Positions 1-13,435 of a stretch of DNA of 64,000 bases are shown one piece after another. The notes below the pieces were generated by a model. That model saw only the letters and a list, made by a program, of their open reading frames with translations, did no database searches and had not been told where the DNA came from. The DNA lies in assembly GCA_043228905.1 (NCBI GenBank), contig JBHGNT010000005.1, positions 23,002,001 to 23,066,000 on the forward strand, given 5' to 3'. The stretch comes from Azolla caroliniana (taxonomy: Eukaryota > Plantae > Polypodiophyta). The first letter of the stretch is position 1; every line of letters starts with the position of its first letter. The position numbers were made by a program, and so were the translations under genes.

Positions 1-3000
1 GACGGCAGAGGCATATGGTACTTTCATCATGTCCTCCTTCTCAGCCTTTGTCTTGGGGCTTTGCTTGCTGGACAACTTGCAGTTTGCCGGGAGGGTTGAC
101 CCGACCGGTCTTGCTTCCGACATGTTGAACCGGTGAAGCACCTTTGTCACGTACTTCTCCTGTGACAGCCACAACTGCTTCTTCCTCCGGTCCCGGATGA
201 TGTGCATCCCTAGTATTTGCCTCGCCGGACCCAAGTCCTTCATTGAGAAGGTTCGGTGAAGAGCCTTCTTCAGCATCCGTATCTTGACCTGGTCCCGTCC
301 AACGATCAACATGTCGTCCACGTACAGGAGGAGTATAAGAAATTCTCCTCCTTCGAACTTCTTCACAAACAAGCAGTGATCGGACTGCGTTTTGTGGTAC
401 CCTTCGTCGGTCATGAAAGAGTCGAACTTCCGGTACCATTGCCGGGGAGCCTGCTTCAGACCGTAAAGGCTCTTCTTCAACCGGCATACCAGGTGCTCCT
501 TCCCTTTCTTCTCGAATCCTTCCGGTTGCTGCATGTAGATCTCTTCTTCGAGGTCACCGTGAAGAAATGCCGTTTTCACATCCATCTGTTCTACCTCGAG
601 GTCCATGCTTGCCGCTATGCTCAGCACCGTCCGGATGGAGGTCATCTTCACTACCGGGGCAAATATCTCGTCGAAGTCGACGCCCTTCTTCTGCTGAAAC
701 CCCTTCACCACGATCCTGGCTTTGTATCTCGGGGGGTTTCCGGCATCTCCCGGTTTCAGCTTGAACACCCACTTGTTACGGAGTGCCCGTTTTCCTTTCG
801 GCAACTCCACAAGTTCATATGTGTGGTTCTCATGTAGGGAATCCATCTCCTCCTGCATTGCACTTAGCCACCTGCGGTTATGGGTGTCATGCTTCGCTTC
901 TTCAAAGCTCTCCGGCTCCCCCTCGTCGGTTAGCAGCACGTGCTCTGGTTCCGGAAATCTCCGGGGGGCCCTTCTCTCTCTTAGAGGATATCTCCGTTCC
1001 GGAGCTTCGGTAACCGGCTCCTCCGTTTCCTCTTCATCCGAATCCATTTCGGGATCGGGGCCGGTTCCGGTATCATTTTCATCTTCTTCGGCCGGTTCTG
1101 TTTCTTCACCGTCTTCGCCGGATCTTCGAGTGTTAACCGGTCCCTTGCCGGTCGGGACTGCTCCTCGTAGAGTTGATTCTCACCGGTCGACTTTGAGCTC
1201 TTCATCTTCTTCTCCGACTCCCAGTCGGCGAGTGCCTTGTCCTCCATGAAGATGATATCACGACTCCTGAATATCTTCTTGTCGACCGGGTCCCATACTC
1301 GGTAGCCGAACTCGTCGTCGCCGTAACCGAGGACTATGCATGGCCGGGTCTTTGGATCTAACTTTCCTCTCCGGTCCTTTGCCACATGCACGTATGCGAG
1401 ACACCCGAACACCTTCAGATGCCGGTAGGATACTTCCCTACCGGTCCACACTTTCTGCGGAGTGTCTCCGTCCAAAGGTACTGAGGGTGATCTGTTAATC
1501 ACGTATGTCGCCGTCGACATTGCCTCAGCCCAAAACCCCTTGGGTAATTTCGCATGCGCCAGCATACTCCGGACCCTCTCCATTATGGTCCGGTTCATCC
1601 TCTCGGCCAGCCCGTTCAGTTCCGGCGTCTTCGGCACTGTAAACTCGAGCCGGATTCCCTTCGAGCGACAGTACTCCGCGAACTGCCCCCGGTATTCCCC
1701 TCCGTTATCCGCTCGTATCGCTTTCAGCTTCTTGCCGGATTCTCTTTCCACTCTCGCGTGGAGTTCTTTGAAGACGGACAATACTTGGTCCTTTGTCTTC
1801 AACGGTGCCGTCCACAGCTTCCGGCTGTGGTCATCTATGAATGTTATGAAGTACTGGGCTCCGCCATGTGACTTCGTTTCTATCTGACACACATCAGTGT
1901 GCACCAGCTCCAATGGTGCGCTACGTCTCGTCGGTGGCCTTGAGTGGAAGGAGGTTTGGTTCTGCTTACCGGCTAGGCAATCGGTGCACTTCTCCAGGTG
2001 CACATGCTTCACTGGAATGAGGTTGTCTTCTGCAAGCCTCTTCATCCCCTTCTCACTCATGTGGCACAGTCTCTTGTGCCACAGCTCACCGGCAGTGTCG
2101 GCTGCCACGTTCAGCTCTTCCGGACATAACCGGGCATTCATCAGGTACAACGTGTTGACTTTCCAGGCCCGAGCCACTATCAGGCTCCCTTTGCTGAACT
2201 TCATTACGCCGTTCCGGATGCTACCTGTGTAGCCTTCATCGTCTAGCCTCCCGGCCGAAATCAGGTTCAATCGAACCTCCGGAACGTGTCGAACATCCTT
2301 CAACAGCATCTTGCATCCGGTTGATGTCATCAGCCACACGTCTCCTATGCCGGCAATCCGGCACGTACCTTCATTTCCCATCCGAACACAGCCATGCTCA
2401 CCGGCTGTGTAGGATGAGAAGTATTTCTTCTCCGGGGTCAGGTGGAACGACGCTCCGGAATCGACCACCCAGGTCATCTCTTCACCGGCAAGGTTCAGCT
2501 CTGTCTCTTCGGTAATGAGCATTATCTCTTCTTCACTTGCCGCGAGTGCTGTCGTTCCTTTCCGGTCCTGCCCTCGCCGATCCGGACCTCTCCGGTCCGT
2601 GGCTCCCTGGTATGCACCGTTTCTCTCCGGTGACTTCTTCGAATCGGTGTCGTCGGCTCCGTTGTCCTTTCGGTAATGCCGACAATTCTTCCGGAAGTGC
2701 CCCGGCTTCCCACAGTGGAAGCATGTGGGTCTTCCTCTTGACTGCGACCGGGTCCCCGACTTCTCCCGTCTTTGCGGACTCCGGTTCCATTGTCTTCCCT
2801 GTTCCGATTCGGTAAGCAGCGCCTTCGAGTCGGAGGCCGGTTCTTTATCTCTCCGACGCGCTTCTTCGTTCAAAATGCTTGTCTTTACCGTTTGTAGAGA
2901 CAAGTTATCTTCGGTGCAGGAGGTACTAAGGGTCACCACCAAGTTCTCCCAGCTTTCCGGCAATGTACACATCAGGATGATGGCTTGCATTGCGTCCTCC

Positions 3001-3419
3001 AACGGGAACTTGATCGCCGCAAGCTGGTTCACGAATCCCATGAACGTGCTTACGTGTTCCACCATACTCTCGCCGTCCCGGTACTTGAGGTTCACTATCT
3101 TCCTCATCAGGGAGGTCCGGTTCAACGCATTCTTCCTCTCGTAGAGGCCCGACAGCTTCCGCCACATCTCATATGCGTTGATGTCGTTCGCCACATGTTG
3201 TAGAACGCTCACGTCGACGTATTGCCGAATGGTTGCAACGGCTTTCCGGTTCAGAAGCCTCCATTCCGACTCAAGTACCCCCTTCGGTATCTCCGACCTG
3301 TCAATCGGTTCGTACAGGTCCCGAACAATCAGAAGATCCTCCATCTTGATCTTCCAGTCGGCGTAATTCTGCGCATTCAGCACCATCATCCCCGGCTGCC
3401 CGCTGCCGCCGCCTTCCAT
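1..3419 (-). pseudogene. copia gag-pol polyprotein with a 1-bp frameshift at ~1117
   Basis: ATG 3419; CCHC knuckle CFHCGKPGHFRKNC, protease VVDSGAS, integrase WHKRLCH...HTDV...RADNGGEY...NGLAERMNR; GTCTTCGCCGG versus GTCTTCGGCCGG in element 2; RT continues to the window edge. Confidence 0.9.
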
Positions 3420-3448
3420 TTTCTGCAACAACTCGCTCTGATACCACT

Positions 3449-4128
3449 TGTTACGAATCGACGCTCCGATTCACCTTCACCTCTCGGCCACAACCAAGGA
3501 AACACACGAATCGTTGTTGCAGAAAAATGGGAAATACAGAGAAAGACACGTTAGCACAGGGATTAACGTGGAAAACCCTATACGGGAAAAACCACGGGAG
3601 TGCAAGACTCCAAACCAAAACTATGCACAGAGAAATATACAATGGCAAGCTGCAAGGCGACGACCCTGAGCTCGCTATCCTCGCCACAGGCGGCGGTATT
3701 ACACAGAGGCGTCGACCTCTTCCTCTTTCACGCTCTATCTCTCTCACGGCTGCTCTCTCTTCACTCCTCTTGAGTGAAAAATAGAAAAATAAGTAGCAAC
3801 AAAAACTGTTTGCCCTAAGTCATATTTATACACATATGACCTTCGGGCTATTTACAAATATGACCTCAAGGACCCTTGGCAAACATATTCACAAATATGT
3901 CCCCGCATCCGGATCTCTCTCCGGGTACATTCATCATCCGGCTCCGTAGCCGGGGTCTGCATCATCCGGCTCCGTAGCCGGGGTCTTCATCATCCGGCTC
4001 CGTAGCCGGGGTCTTCATCATCCGGCACCGTAGCCGGGGTACTCTTCATCCTCCGGTTCCGTAACCGCAACCGGGCTTGCCGTCATTCATTTCCGGACAT
4101 CCCATCCGGAGGGACCGAAATCCCGACA
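3449..4128 (-). repeat. 5' LTR of copia element 1, with ~26-bp tandem repeats in U3
   Basis: TG...CA ends, adjacent PBS, homology to LTRs at 14342 and 19145; CATCATCCGGCTCCGTAGCCGGGGT repeats at ~3932-4060. Confidence 0.92.
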
Positions 4129-4689
4129 TGTACATTATGCACACATTGTCCAATTTTCCATTTGAAGGCACATACCATTGATCCGTGCGAATAGAATCGG
4201 CTGAACAAAGTTGTGGCTCCAATAAGGTAGATAGAACCTCATGACGACATGATAGGAATCGGCAGATGCACCGGTTTCAGGACAATGATCAGCCAAGATA
4301 TGATGATCGTTATTAGTCGGATCGAAATCGGCAGGACGATTATCGAACGGATGATTGCTATAATGATTACCGGTGAGACGATGACCATCAAGATGATTAC
4401 AAGAGGGACACTCGTAAAAAATATGAGTGACTATTCACCGTGGCATGATTGAAATGATTGACGCCTTTACAAAGGTTACCATATCATGCTGATCAGAGAG
4501 CATATGACCAATTTAAGGAGAAACGACGATAATTAACAAACTAATCGTCGATTCGGTGACGATAGATGGGACGACAATAGGCTACCCAAGGCATCCCAAC
4601 AATTCCAATATAATTCTAAAGCTCAAGATGAGCCGGAACCACACGATGTTCAATAATCACGATATGAGAACGGGGAATCAAGTGGATCG

Positions 4690-5300
4690 ACAATTATGGA
4701 TAAGAGAATTCCTTCAATAAAGGTCATAATATAGGCTCAAGAGATTCCCCATAGCATCGTAGACGGCGGATCAAGTGTAAATTTCATAAACAAACACACC
4801 TGTGGATCAACTAGGAGTTACTAACTAGGAAGTGTGCTCGTTTTTGTTACGAATGGCGGATACAAGCTCAATAAAACCATTAGGTTGATTAGACAGTTAG
4901 AACTGTCAATTGGTGGTCATATGTTCCAAATATCGCAGTCGAGAAGGTACAGTGATCCACGTGAAATAAAGCAAGGTAGAGTGATCCACATGAAATGTAA
5001 ATTTCTAGCCAAGAAGTAATGTCGAAACTTATTCACACTATAAATCATGCCAAGAGCTTCTCATTTGGTTGTTGAATAATTCCGCTCGGCAGTTGACAAC
5101 TTCCGGCTTGCACAGTATACTAGTCTATACCAATTCGGTTTTGAAAGCTGCATTAATGCGCTTCTAATGGCTATATCCAAGGCATCGACAAAGACATGAA
5201 AGTCTTTTGTCCAATCCCATGGTTAGACAACCGGTACTTGTGTCAACATCTATTTCAATGAATCGTAAGCATCTTGGTCTGTAGCCGTCCAATGACCTAA
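4690..5300. pseudogene. Ty3/gypsy remnants: aspartic protease (+, ~4700-4940) and RNase H (-, ~4980-5300)
   Basis: + strand IVDGGSSVNFI; - strand YCASRKLSTAERNYSTT...GMIYSVNKFRHY; stops present. Confidence 0.65.
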
Positions 5301-5514
5301 GAGACAATAGGCGACCTAAGAGACTCTTTCAAGATAGTACAGTTGCCTATTCGGCAAGAACCTACAATTACACTATTTGTTCTATTTTCTAAATTACTCT
5401 AATTTCTATTTGGCATAATAAAAATACTGACTATTGTCTTTTCACACTTGTCCAACTCTGACTCCAACTCCCTTTGTCGACCTTTACACTTCGGGTAGCC
5501 GACCGACTAACAAT

Positions 5515-6220
5515 ATGTTAGTTGTTGGATAGAATGCTAAGAAAAGCTCTTAGAAAAGCCTTTGCCATGAAGGATTTAGGTTCGGCAAAACAAATTTTGG
5601 GAATACATATAGTCCAAGACAGGACTAAAAATATGCTATGGCTATCACAAGAGAAATATGTGACAAAAGTTTTGCAAAGATTTAACATATATAATGCAAA
5701 ACCTGTTGGATCTGTACTACCGATGAGCTGTAAGCTAAAGTCTAGTCAATGTCCAAAAACTGAGAAAGATAAGGCTGAGATGAGAAGGGGGTACTGTATG
5801 CCTCGATTGTTGGGAGCCTAATGTATGTTATGGTCTGCACTAGGCCGGATATTGCATTTGTTGTCGGAATAGGATATGTCAGGTGATGTAGATTCTAGTT
5901 GATCCACATCAGGGTATGTGATGACTTATGTAGGGGGAGTTGTGTCATGGAAATCAAGATTGCAAAAGGTTGTGGCTTTCTCGACTACGAAGGCCGAGTA
6001 TATGGATGCAGTGGAGGACGGAAAGGATTTGATTTGGATGAGGGATTTTCTAAGTGAAATGAAGCAAGAAAAATGCCTACTTCATTGCGATAATCAGATT
6101 GCCACCCACCTTGCCAAGAATGTTGCCTATAACTCTCGTCCAAAGCACATTCAGAGAAGGTATCAATGGTTACAAGAGAGAGTGGATAAAAATGAGTTTG
6201 CTTTAGCGAAGATCTATAAA
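5515..6220 (+). pseudogene. degenerate copia RT/RNase H fragment
   Basis: MKDLGSAKQILG, WLSQEKYV, SWKSRLQKVVAFSTTKAEY, CDNQ motifs; frameshifted. Confidence 0.8.
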
Positions 6221-6374
6221 AATGAGGGCCGACTGGTCGGATTGGGCAGAGAAGCGGAATGAGGGCCAGATCATCAGAATTTGCCGAGACGTAGAATGAG
6301 AGTTGCTTGGTCGATTTGTGTTTGTGTCTCAGCTTAATTTTTCTGTTTATCTCTGATTGTATACATATCATTTT

Positions 6375-8102
6375 TAGGATCAGATTCTACCAAATGGAAC
6401 AAGGCTATTAAGGAAGAGATGAAGGCTTTAATTAAAAATGGTACCTTCACTCTTGTTGAGCCTCCAAAAGATCGTCATATAATTGTTCTAAATGGGTTCT
6501 ATGCCTCAAGCGAGATGTTAATGACAATCCAATTCTCTTTAAGGCTCATGTTGTTGCTTGAGGTTTTTCTCAAGTTCCAAGTATTGTTTTTCAAGATACA
6601 TTTAGTCTAACACTAAAATTATGTGGTTTTCGAATGTTCGTTGCTCTTGCCGCTCAACATGATTTAGAGTTGCACCACTTTGATGTACAAACTGCTTTTC
6701 TTCATGGAAATTTACATGAAGAACTTTATTTACAACAACCGTAATTTTTTGAAGTTCCAAATCATTTGACACATGTTTGTTGACTTTGTAAATCTACTTA
6801 CGGCCTTAAGTGATCTCCACACATATAGTATCACAAACTTCACTCTTTTTTTAGGGTTTAGGGTTTAGATGTGGACGATTGCAAGTCAACATGTGGCTAT
6901 GTTTACACACTAGTTGGTGCTACGATTTCTTGGTGTTAGGAAATAGGTCCCTCCGGATGGGAAGTGAGAAGAACAGTACTGATGAGCAAACTCGGCCGAG
7001 GCCGAAACCGGATGACGAGTACCCGACTACGGAGAGACGGATGGTGCAGACCTGGTGAGAACCGGATGACGAGTACCCGGCTACGGAGAGACATATGGTG
7101 TAGACCTGGTGAGAACTGGATGACGAGTACTCGGCTACGGAGAGCTGGATGGTGCAGACCCGGTGAGAACCGGATGACGAGTACCCGGCTACGGAGAGCC
7201 GGATGGTGCAGATCCGGTGAGAACCGGATGAAGAGACATATTTGTAAATATGTTTCTAAGAGTCCATCGTGGCTATATTTGTAAATAGCCGAAAAGTCAT
7301 ATTAGTATAAATGTGACTTAGGGCAAACTTATGATTATAGTTGTGGTCATTCTTGTTGGCGGAAGATTAGAGCGCGCAACTGTGTACAGAGAGAGTGAGA
7401 GAGAGGAAGAGGTCGTTGCCTCTGATTGTAACCGCCGCCTGTGGCGAAGATAGCAAGCTCGAGGTCGTGGCCTCGGTGCTTTCTTATTGTACATTCTGAC
7501 ATAGTGATAGTTTGCGGTCTGTGGGCTGTCGTGGTTTTTCTCGAGTTTGGGTTTTCCACGTAAACATCCTGTGTACACTTCTCTCTATCGTGTTGTGTTT
7601 CATTCCCTATTTTCTGTGTTTTATTCTAGGCTCGGTTGTGGCCGAGCGTTGCTCAAAGCGAGCGTGTAGTTCTTGTCACTTGGAAGCCAAAAAAACAAAA
7701 TATCGTACCATTATCATCCACTGAAGCTGAATATGTAGCCATAACTTTAATGTCTAAAAAAGCATTTAGATTAAATCAATGCTTTGCGAACTTTTACCTA
7801 TTTACTATGCCAACTGTGACTTTGTTTTGCGGTAATCAATCTTGAATCAAGCTAGCCAACAATTTGAAAATGAGCAACAATATACATCATGTGGATTTAA
7901 GACATCAATTTCTTCATGATCTCATTGAAACGAAACAGATAGAACTAAAGTTTGCGCCCACTCATCATATGTGGGTAGATTTTTTAACGAAACCTCTCCA
8001 ACATTGTAAACACATTATTTGTTGCAAGCAAGTTGGATTAATTGATGTAATTGAAGACAAAGACGAAAATTTACACTTCTAGAAAATTTCGCTTACGGGG
8101 AG
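6375..8102 (+). mobile_element. old degenerate copia RT-RNase H, interrupted by a solo LTR
   Basis: FDVQTAFLHG, GYVYTLVGATISW, KKQNIVPLSSTEAEY, DFLTKPL; PPT-like GGGGAG ~8097-8102. Confidence 0.75.
6934..7678 (+). mobile_element. solo LTR of the element 1/2 copia family
   Basis: TG...CA; 5-bp TSD CTTGG (6929-6933, 7679-7683); four 57-bp tandem repeats at ~7006-7230; homologous to the reverse complement of LTR 3449-4128. Confidence 0.9.
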
Positions 8103-8248
8103 TAAAAAAAAAGAAAAAGAGAAGTATCAGTTATTACTTTCTTATCAGAAGGAAAGCGCTTCGGTGGTGGTCTTATAAAGCCATCATCATCATATGTAAC
8201 AACTAAAACGAAAATATAATACAATCTTTTGGTCAGTCACTTACACGT

Positions 8249-9165
8249 TGTCGCAATATTCCACGTGAATGTGTGGAAATGGGGTGAGACCACCGGGGTC
8301 TCGGACCAAGGAGCAGGTAAAGGAGAAAGGTGGCCCAGAACAAAGTCCAGATAGCTTCACTGGTTCAAATTACGGACGAGTATCCAATCCAGAGCAATTC
8401 CTGGATCCCGACCGCTAGCGCACGGGCCTGAAGAAGAGTATTGTTCCGATCAGAATGCTAGACAACAACAATGAGCTCATGGGCTCATGGGCTCTCGAAC
8501 TTGGATGCGAGCACAACAGGAACAAATTGGGAATAATAACATGATCTTGGGGTGTAGCAAACTGCATCAAGAAGGGGCCACGCCAGAGTGTACCCAAACA
8601 CAAGAAGAGACACAACAAAGCACTAACGATTAACAGAGAACGAAAGAATACAACTGGACTTGGCCGACAACGGTGCTTGAAACTACGACCACCGCAAACA
8701 CACATAGAACGATGAGTATCTGGTCGGGAGCTCACGGGCTTCTTGAGCGAGCAGAGGCTTCATCTTCTTCCCTGGATCAACACGGAACACAAAACAGAGA
8801 GAGAGAGAGAAAGCACGACACTCAACCGACAACACTTCGTCCTCCAGATCATGGATCTTGAAAACGGTCTCTAACTTCCCCTTTTATAGAACAAGGGGAG
8901 GCCGTTACATCATCAATAAAGGCATTCACTTTTTGTCCTACCTGATTCTCTCGTCGATCTCCTCCCCTCAATCACCGTTATTCCTTTAATTGTGTGACCA
9001 TAAAGTACCTATCATTCACTCCTACCTAGTAATCACCAACACTCAACTAACACTATACTATTCACATATGTTTGTACATATCACATAATTTGTGTGCATC
9101 CATACACACCCCTGTTCACGCACATCCAGCTCCGACTCTCTCTATAGCCGGAATCCTTCATGACA
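8249..9165 (-). repeat. 3' LTR of the Trp-primed Ty3
   Basis: TGTCG...TGACA; diverged homologue of 26334-27350. Confidence 0.85.
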
Positions 9166-11701
9166 TCCACCGCCACCAAACCGCACATCCTCCGGTATGT
9201 GCCAAGTTGTGAAATGGTGAGGATTCCGGCTATTCTCTATTCCTCCTCCGATCCGTCGCCGATCTGATCTTCTTCCAACCCCTCGCCCTTGACAACGCTT
9301 TCGTCTTTGATCTCCAGATCCGGTTCTGCAACATGCCATTTCTGGAAGGCCTTTATCTGTATCCCCGCAAACGGTACCGCCATCCTCGGCTTGTCGAGCT
9401 CCGCAAGGCGGTAGGCCAAACTCGTCACCACGTAAGGCCCGAACCATCGCCGCGCGAACTTCCGGGTGGACCGGTGCTGATTGTCGAGATTGTTGTCGTA
9501 GACCAACAACCATTTGCCTGAACCTCAATCTGCTTCGGCCGGAGCCGATATGTCCGGTCGAACTGGCCCTTGTACTTCTTCTGCGCCATCAGTAATTTTG
9601 CATTTGCTTGCTCCACATCCTTTGGCCTTCGCTCGAGCTGTCGGATTCACGCCACCAACAATTTCTCTCTGCTCATCTCCTCCACCTAGGCGATCGCCAT
9701 CCATGAATGACGAGATTGGTTTCTACCCAAACATAAGTTCCACTGGCATGTACCCTGTTATCGAACCGTGCGTAGTTCGGTCGGCCCATAGTGCGTAAGG
9801 TAGGAGTCTCCGCCAGTTTCCCACTCAACCATCGCATGTTCGTACTAGCGCTTTCACGATCGGCCCATACCCTCGCTCCACCTTCCTGTTCACCTCTAGA
9901 TTGTATGCCGTCGTGAGGGAAAGCTTAACCCCAAGCCGATGAAATAGCTCCTCAGCTTCTTGCGCATCCAATTCCCCTCGATCGACTACAATCTTTCCCA
10001 CGCACCCATATTGGCAAATCATGTCCTCGATCAAGAACCGACAAACTACAACAGTCTTCTTGTTCGTTAGGTCTCGGCCTTCCACCTGGTTTGTCAAATC
10101 TTCCTTGCAAGCACTAGGTACCACATCTGCCCTACCCCCATCGGCATCGTCACTAAGTCGACCATCCACTTGAAGTGAATACTTGGCGGGTAGGTTGGGT
10201 GCAACTCGTTATGGTGCTAGATCCCGGAATGCATCTCACAGCTTTCGCACATCATCACAAAGTGATGGGCGCCGCGATACATCCCCGACCACTAGTACTT
10301 CTCCTTCAACTTCTTGAATGTAGCCCACGTCCCCCTGTGTCCGAACTAGAGGCTTTCGTGAAATCCTTGGGCATATCCTTGTTGCCGATCACTAAACACC
10401 TTTGCACCGAACCGGATGGGGAACCGTGTGTCGTCCTTGTCCTCCTAATTAACCACCCCCCTGATTTTGGTCGAACTCGAATCCACCGTTACGTAAACCG
10501 GAGTGTCAACCTTGTATTCCACTTTCCGGAGAGTTGGTGCCTCTCCTTCAATCTCCGGACCGCCTTTATGTGCTCATTACCCCATTCGAATTTCCGGCCC
10601 TTCTTTAGCAAGCCATAGTGAGGCTCGACGATATGCGTGTAGTGCGGGATCCAAATGTAGTAGAAGGCGCACGCCCCCAAGAACCGTTGAACTTCAGTGA
10701 CCGACCGACACTCTTCCTTCATTGCTGAGATGGCCTCTACCTTCGCCGGAGACGGTTTCCGGTCGTATGGCCCACACAGGTCACCGACAACCAGGATCTC
10801 CGATTGTCCCAAAGATGACTTCTCCCCGGAGAAGGTAAAGCGAGCGTGCTCAAGCCTTTGCAATATCTTCTCGAAGTCGGAGATGTGGTCCGCGACAAAT
10901 CTCCAACATCCATCCGCTTTGACCGAATCGTCCTTGGCGTCCTCCGGATATCCCTTGATTGGGATGTCGTCCAAAAATGGCATGATGATATCCGGGATGC
11001 AGTCCTTCAGTACCTTATTCATTGCATTCACCATGTGTGCCACCGAATTGGTCCCTCCTTACGGTAGGGTACACATCCGAACTAGGCCGGGAGGGGTTCA
11101 CATCGTCGTGAAATCCCTACTCTCCATGACTAGCTAGAATTGCTCATACACCGAGTATAGGTCCCCGACCGAGTAGATCAACCTTCCAACGAAGGCCTCT
11201 ACGAACTCATCTATTGTTGGACTAATCCCTGCATTCCGGATGGTCACCTTGTTGACCAGCTGCAGGTCCTGAATGAAGTGTAGTGTGTCGTTCTTCTTCG
11301 GCACCGTGAACCACCGATTCAAGTATGGGGCGTTCAACGGTTTGAGGATACCCATATCGACCTTCTGCCTAAGCAACTCCATCAACTTCGGGATGTGAGC
11401 TCTCGGCACCGTAATTGGTTTGAGATTGCATGGTACGTGTGGTACCGTGAAGATCACCATTAGCTTTACAATCATCAAGTCGACGCACCCGATCTCCCCC
11501 GACGAGAATGCAAAGGCTTTTCCGTGCCTTTCGAGCATCCTCCGAAACCAATCCTCCTCCGCGGGCAGTTGGAAGCCACCCCCACCAATCTTGAGCTTCC
11601 GCAACGTCTCGTCCGTGAACCGCTATGCAGGTCAGATCTCGTAAACTTGGGTTGGCCATGACCCCTTTCATCTACTCCCAGTTGTCCTCCGAGAAGGGAA
11701 C

Positions 11702-11991
11702 TGTCATAACTAGACTCGAACCCATAACCTTTTGTTACACGGGTCGAGACTTTACCATTAGGTTATGAATTGTAATTTGAAGGATATTATTTTCATTTAG
11801 GTTTTATTGGGAAATTGATGTATATTCCAGATTTCTCTGGAACATTCTAGAAACTTCAGGAGTATTCCTGAAGACACTATAAAAGGAGGCGCAAGGCATT
11901 AGTTCGAACCAAATCGGTTCAACGCCAGTCTTAAGCCTTCTAACTACTGTTGTATATCTTCCTTCATATAATACATATATCTTTCGCATCA

Positions 11992-12037
<46 letters not shown>

Positions 12038-12170
12038 ACTCATTCCTTCTCTCAAAGTTTGACACCTCTCATAGTACTAATCCTTCTCTGTCTTAGTACT
12101 ATTCCCCAACAATAGTACTAATCCTTCTTTTAGTACTAATTCCTTCTCTGCCTTAATAGAGTTCCTGACA
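11702..12170 (+). repeat. 5' LTR of the chromovirus
   Basis: TG...CA; TATAAAA at 11878-11884; near-identical to 22510-22974. Confidence 0.95.
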
Positions 12171-12271
12171 GTTTGAACCGATTTTTGGGTGCCTGTCTGG
12201 TCTTTTCTCTCCCTCTTCCTTCTGTCTCCCTCCTTTCCTACTAGTCTCTTATTTCCCTTTTCCTTCATCCC

Positions 12272-13435
12272 ATGGCCACCGTTAGCGCTGAAGAGTATCA
12301 ATCCGTTTTCTCGGAATTTCAATGCTTGAAAGAGAAGTTTCATGCTTTGGAACAAGAAAATCAACGCTTGTTGGGGGATCTTCAGCAAATTTCCTTAGAA
12401 AAGCAGCAAACGCAACAACAGCATGGGGAACTTGCGTTACGCGTGCAACAACTCGAAGCAACCATCGTAGCAATGCAACAACAAGGGCACAGAGCACAAG
12501 GGATTCATAAAGAACCCAAGATTGGCCTTCCCACGAAGTTCGATGGAACGCGATCGCAGTTTAGAGGGTTTCTTAACCAGGTACGGTTAGTTATTCAAAT
12601 GCATCCGTCCCGATATCCCACCGATGCATCACGAGTGGGTTTAGTAGGCACGTTGTTAAATGGCTCAACATTAGCATGGTTCGCTCCGCTACTAGAAAAG
12701 GAATCTCCAGTACTAAATAATTTTGAAGAATTCATAAGTGAGTTTAAAGCATGTTTTGGAGATACTGACAGCATAAGGACTGCAATCAACAAAATCCGGC
12801 GATTACGCCAAGGTGACCGTCCAGCCTCCGCATATGCTGCAGATTTCCGTCTACTCGCCGCCGATATCCCCTGGGATGATCAAGCATTGATGGAGCAGTT
12901 CCGCTATGGTCTACGCAACGATGTCAAGGATTTACTCTTGACTTTCCCTGAAGAGCCAAAATCATTAACAGAAGCAATCAGTCGAGCGGTCAGATGTGAC
13001 AACCGCCTCTTCGAGCGACGTTCGGAACGACAATTTCAGATGCCGAGGGCAAGATCCGAGCCTACCTATGCCTCAGTGGTATCGAAACCTTTTCAAAGGG
13101 AGTCACATAATGCGCCTCCAGTAAGTACTCCAACTCCAATGGAAATTGACACTACACGTCGTCGTGGGCCGCTATCGGAGGAGGAAAAGCAACGACGCCG
13201 AACAAACCGATTATGCCTTTATTGCGGTGGACCAGGGCATATCGCGATAAACTGTCCCCATAGACCAAGAAGGCAGGTAAACCAAGTCGTTGTTAGTTCT
13301 GACTATACTAAACCCGAGTCTATTTCAGTAGGAATCTCTGATAGTCCTCATAGTCATAATAGTCCTAATAGTAGTCCGAATCTCGCAAACAAATTTGATG
13401 TCCTTAGCCAATTAGAAGAAGAGTTAAACGACTAA
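12272..13435 (+). CDS. gag: chromovirus Gag (387 aa)
   Basis: coiled coil, PTKFDG...FRGFL, LRQG...[27 protein letters not shown]. Confidence 0.9.
   Translation: MATVSAEEYQSVFSEFQCLKEKFHALEQENQRLLGDLQQISLEKQQTQQQHGELALRVQQLEATIVAMQQQGHRAQGIHKEPKIGLPTKFDGTRSQFRGFLNQVRLVIQMHPSRYPTDASRVGLVGTLLNGSTLAWFAPLLEKESPVLNNFEEFISEFKACFGDTDSIRTAINKIRRLRQGDRPASAYAADFRLLAADIPWDDQALMEQFRYGLRNDVKDLLLTFPEEPKSLTEAISRAVRCDNRLFERRSERQFQMPRARSEPTYASVVSKPFQRESHNAPPVSTPTPMEIDTTRRRGPLSEEEKQRRRTNRLCLYCGGPGHIAINCPHRPRRQVNQVVVSSDYTKPESISVGISDSPHSHNSPNSSPNLANKFDVLSQLEEELND

Larger units (their letters stand above)
1..4128 (-). mobile_element. Ty1/copia LTR retrotransposon (element 1), 3' part runs off the window
   Basis: LTR 3449-4128 (TG...CA); tRNA-Met PBS TGGTATCAGAGC at 3446-3435; gag-PR-IN-RT near-identical to the intact copy at 14342-19834. 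Confidence 0.95.

Noticed and set aside
256-3554. antisense and overlapping ORFs inside copia elements (also 15319-19136)
   Set aside because: shadow frames of GC-rich coding sequence
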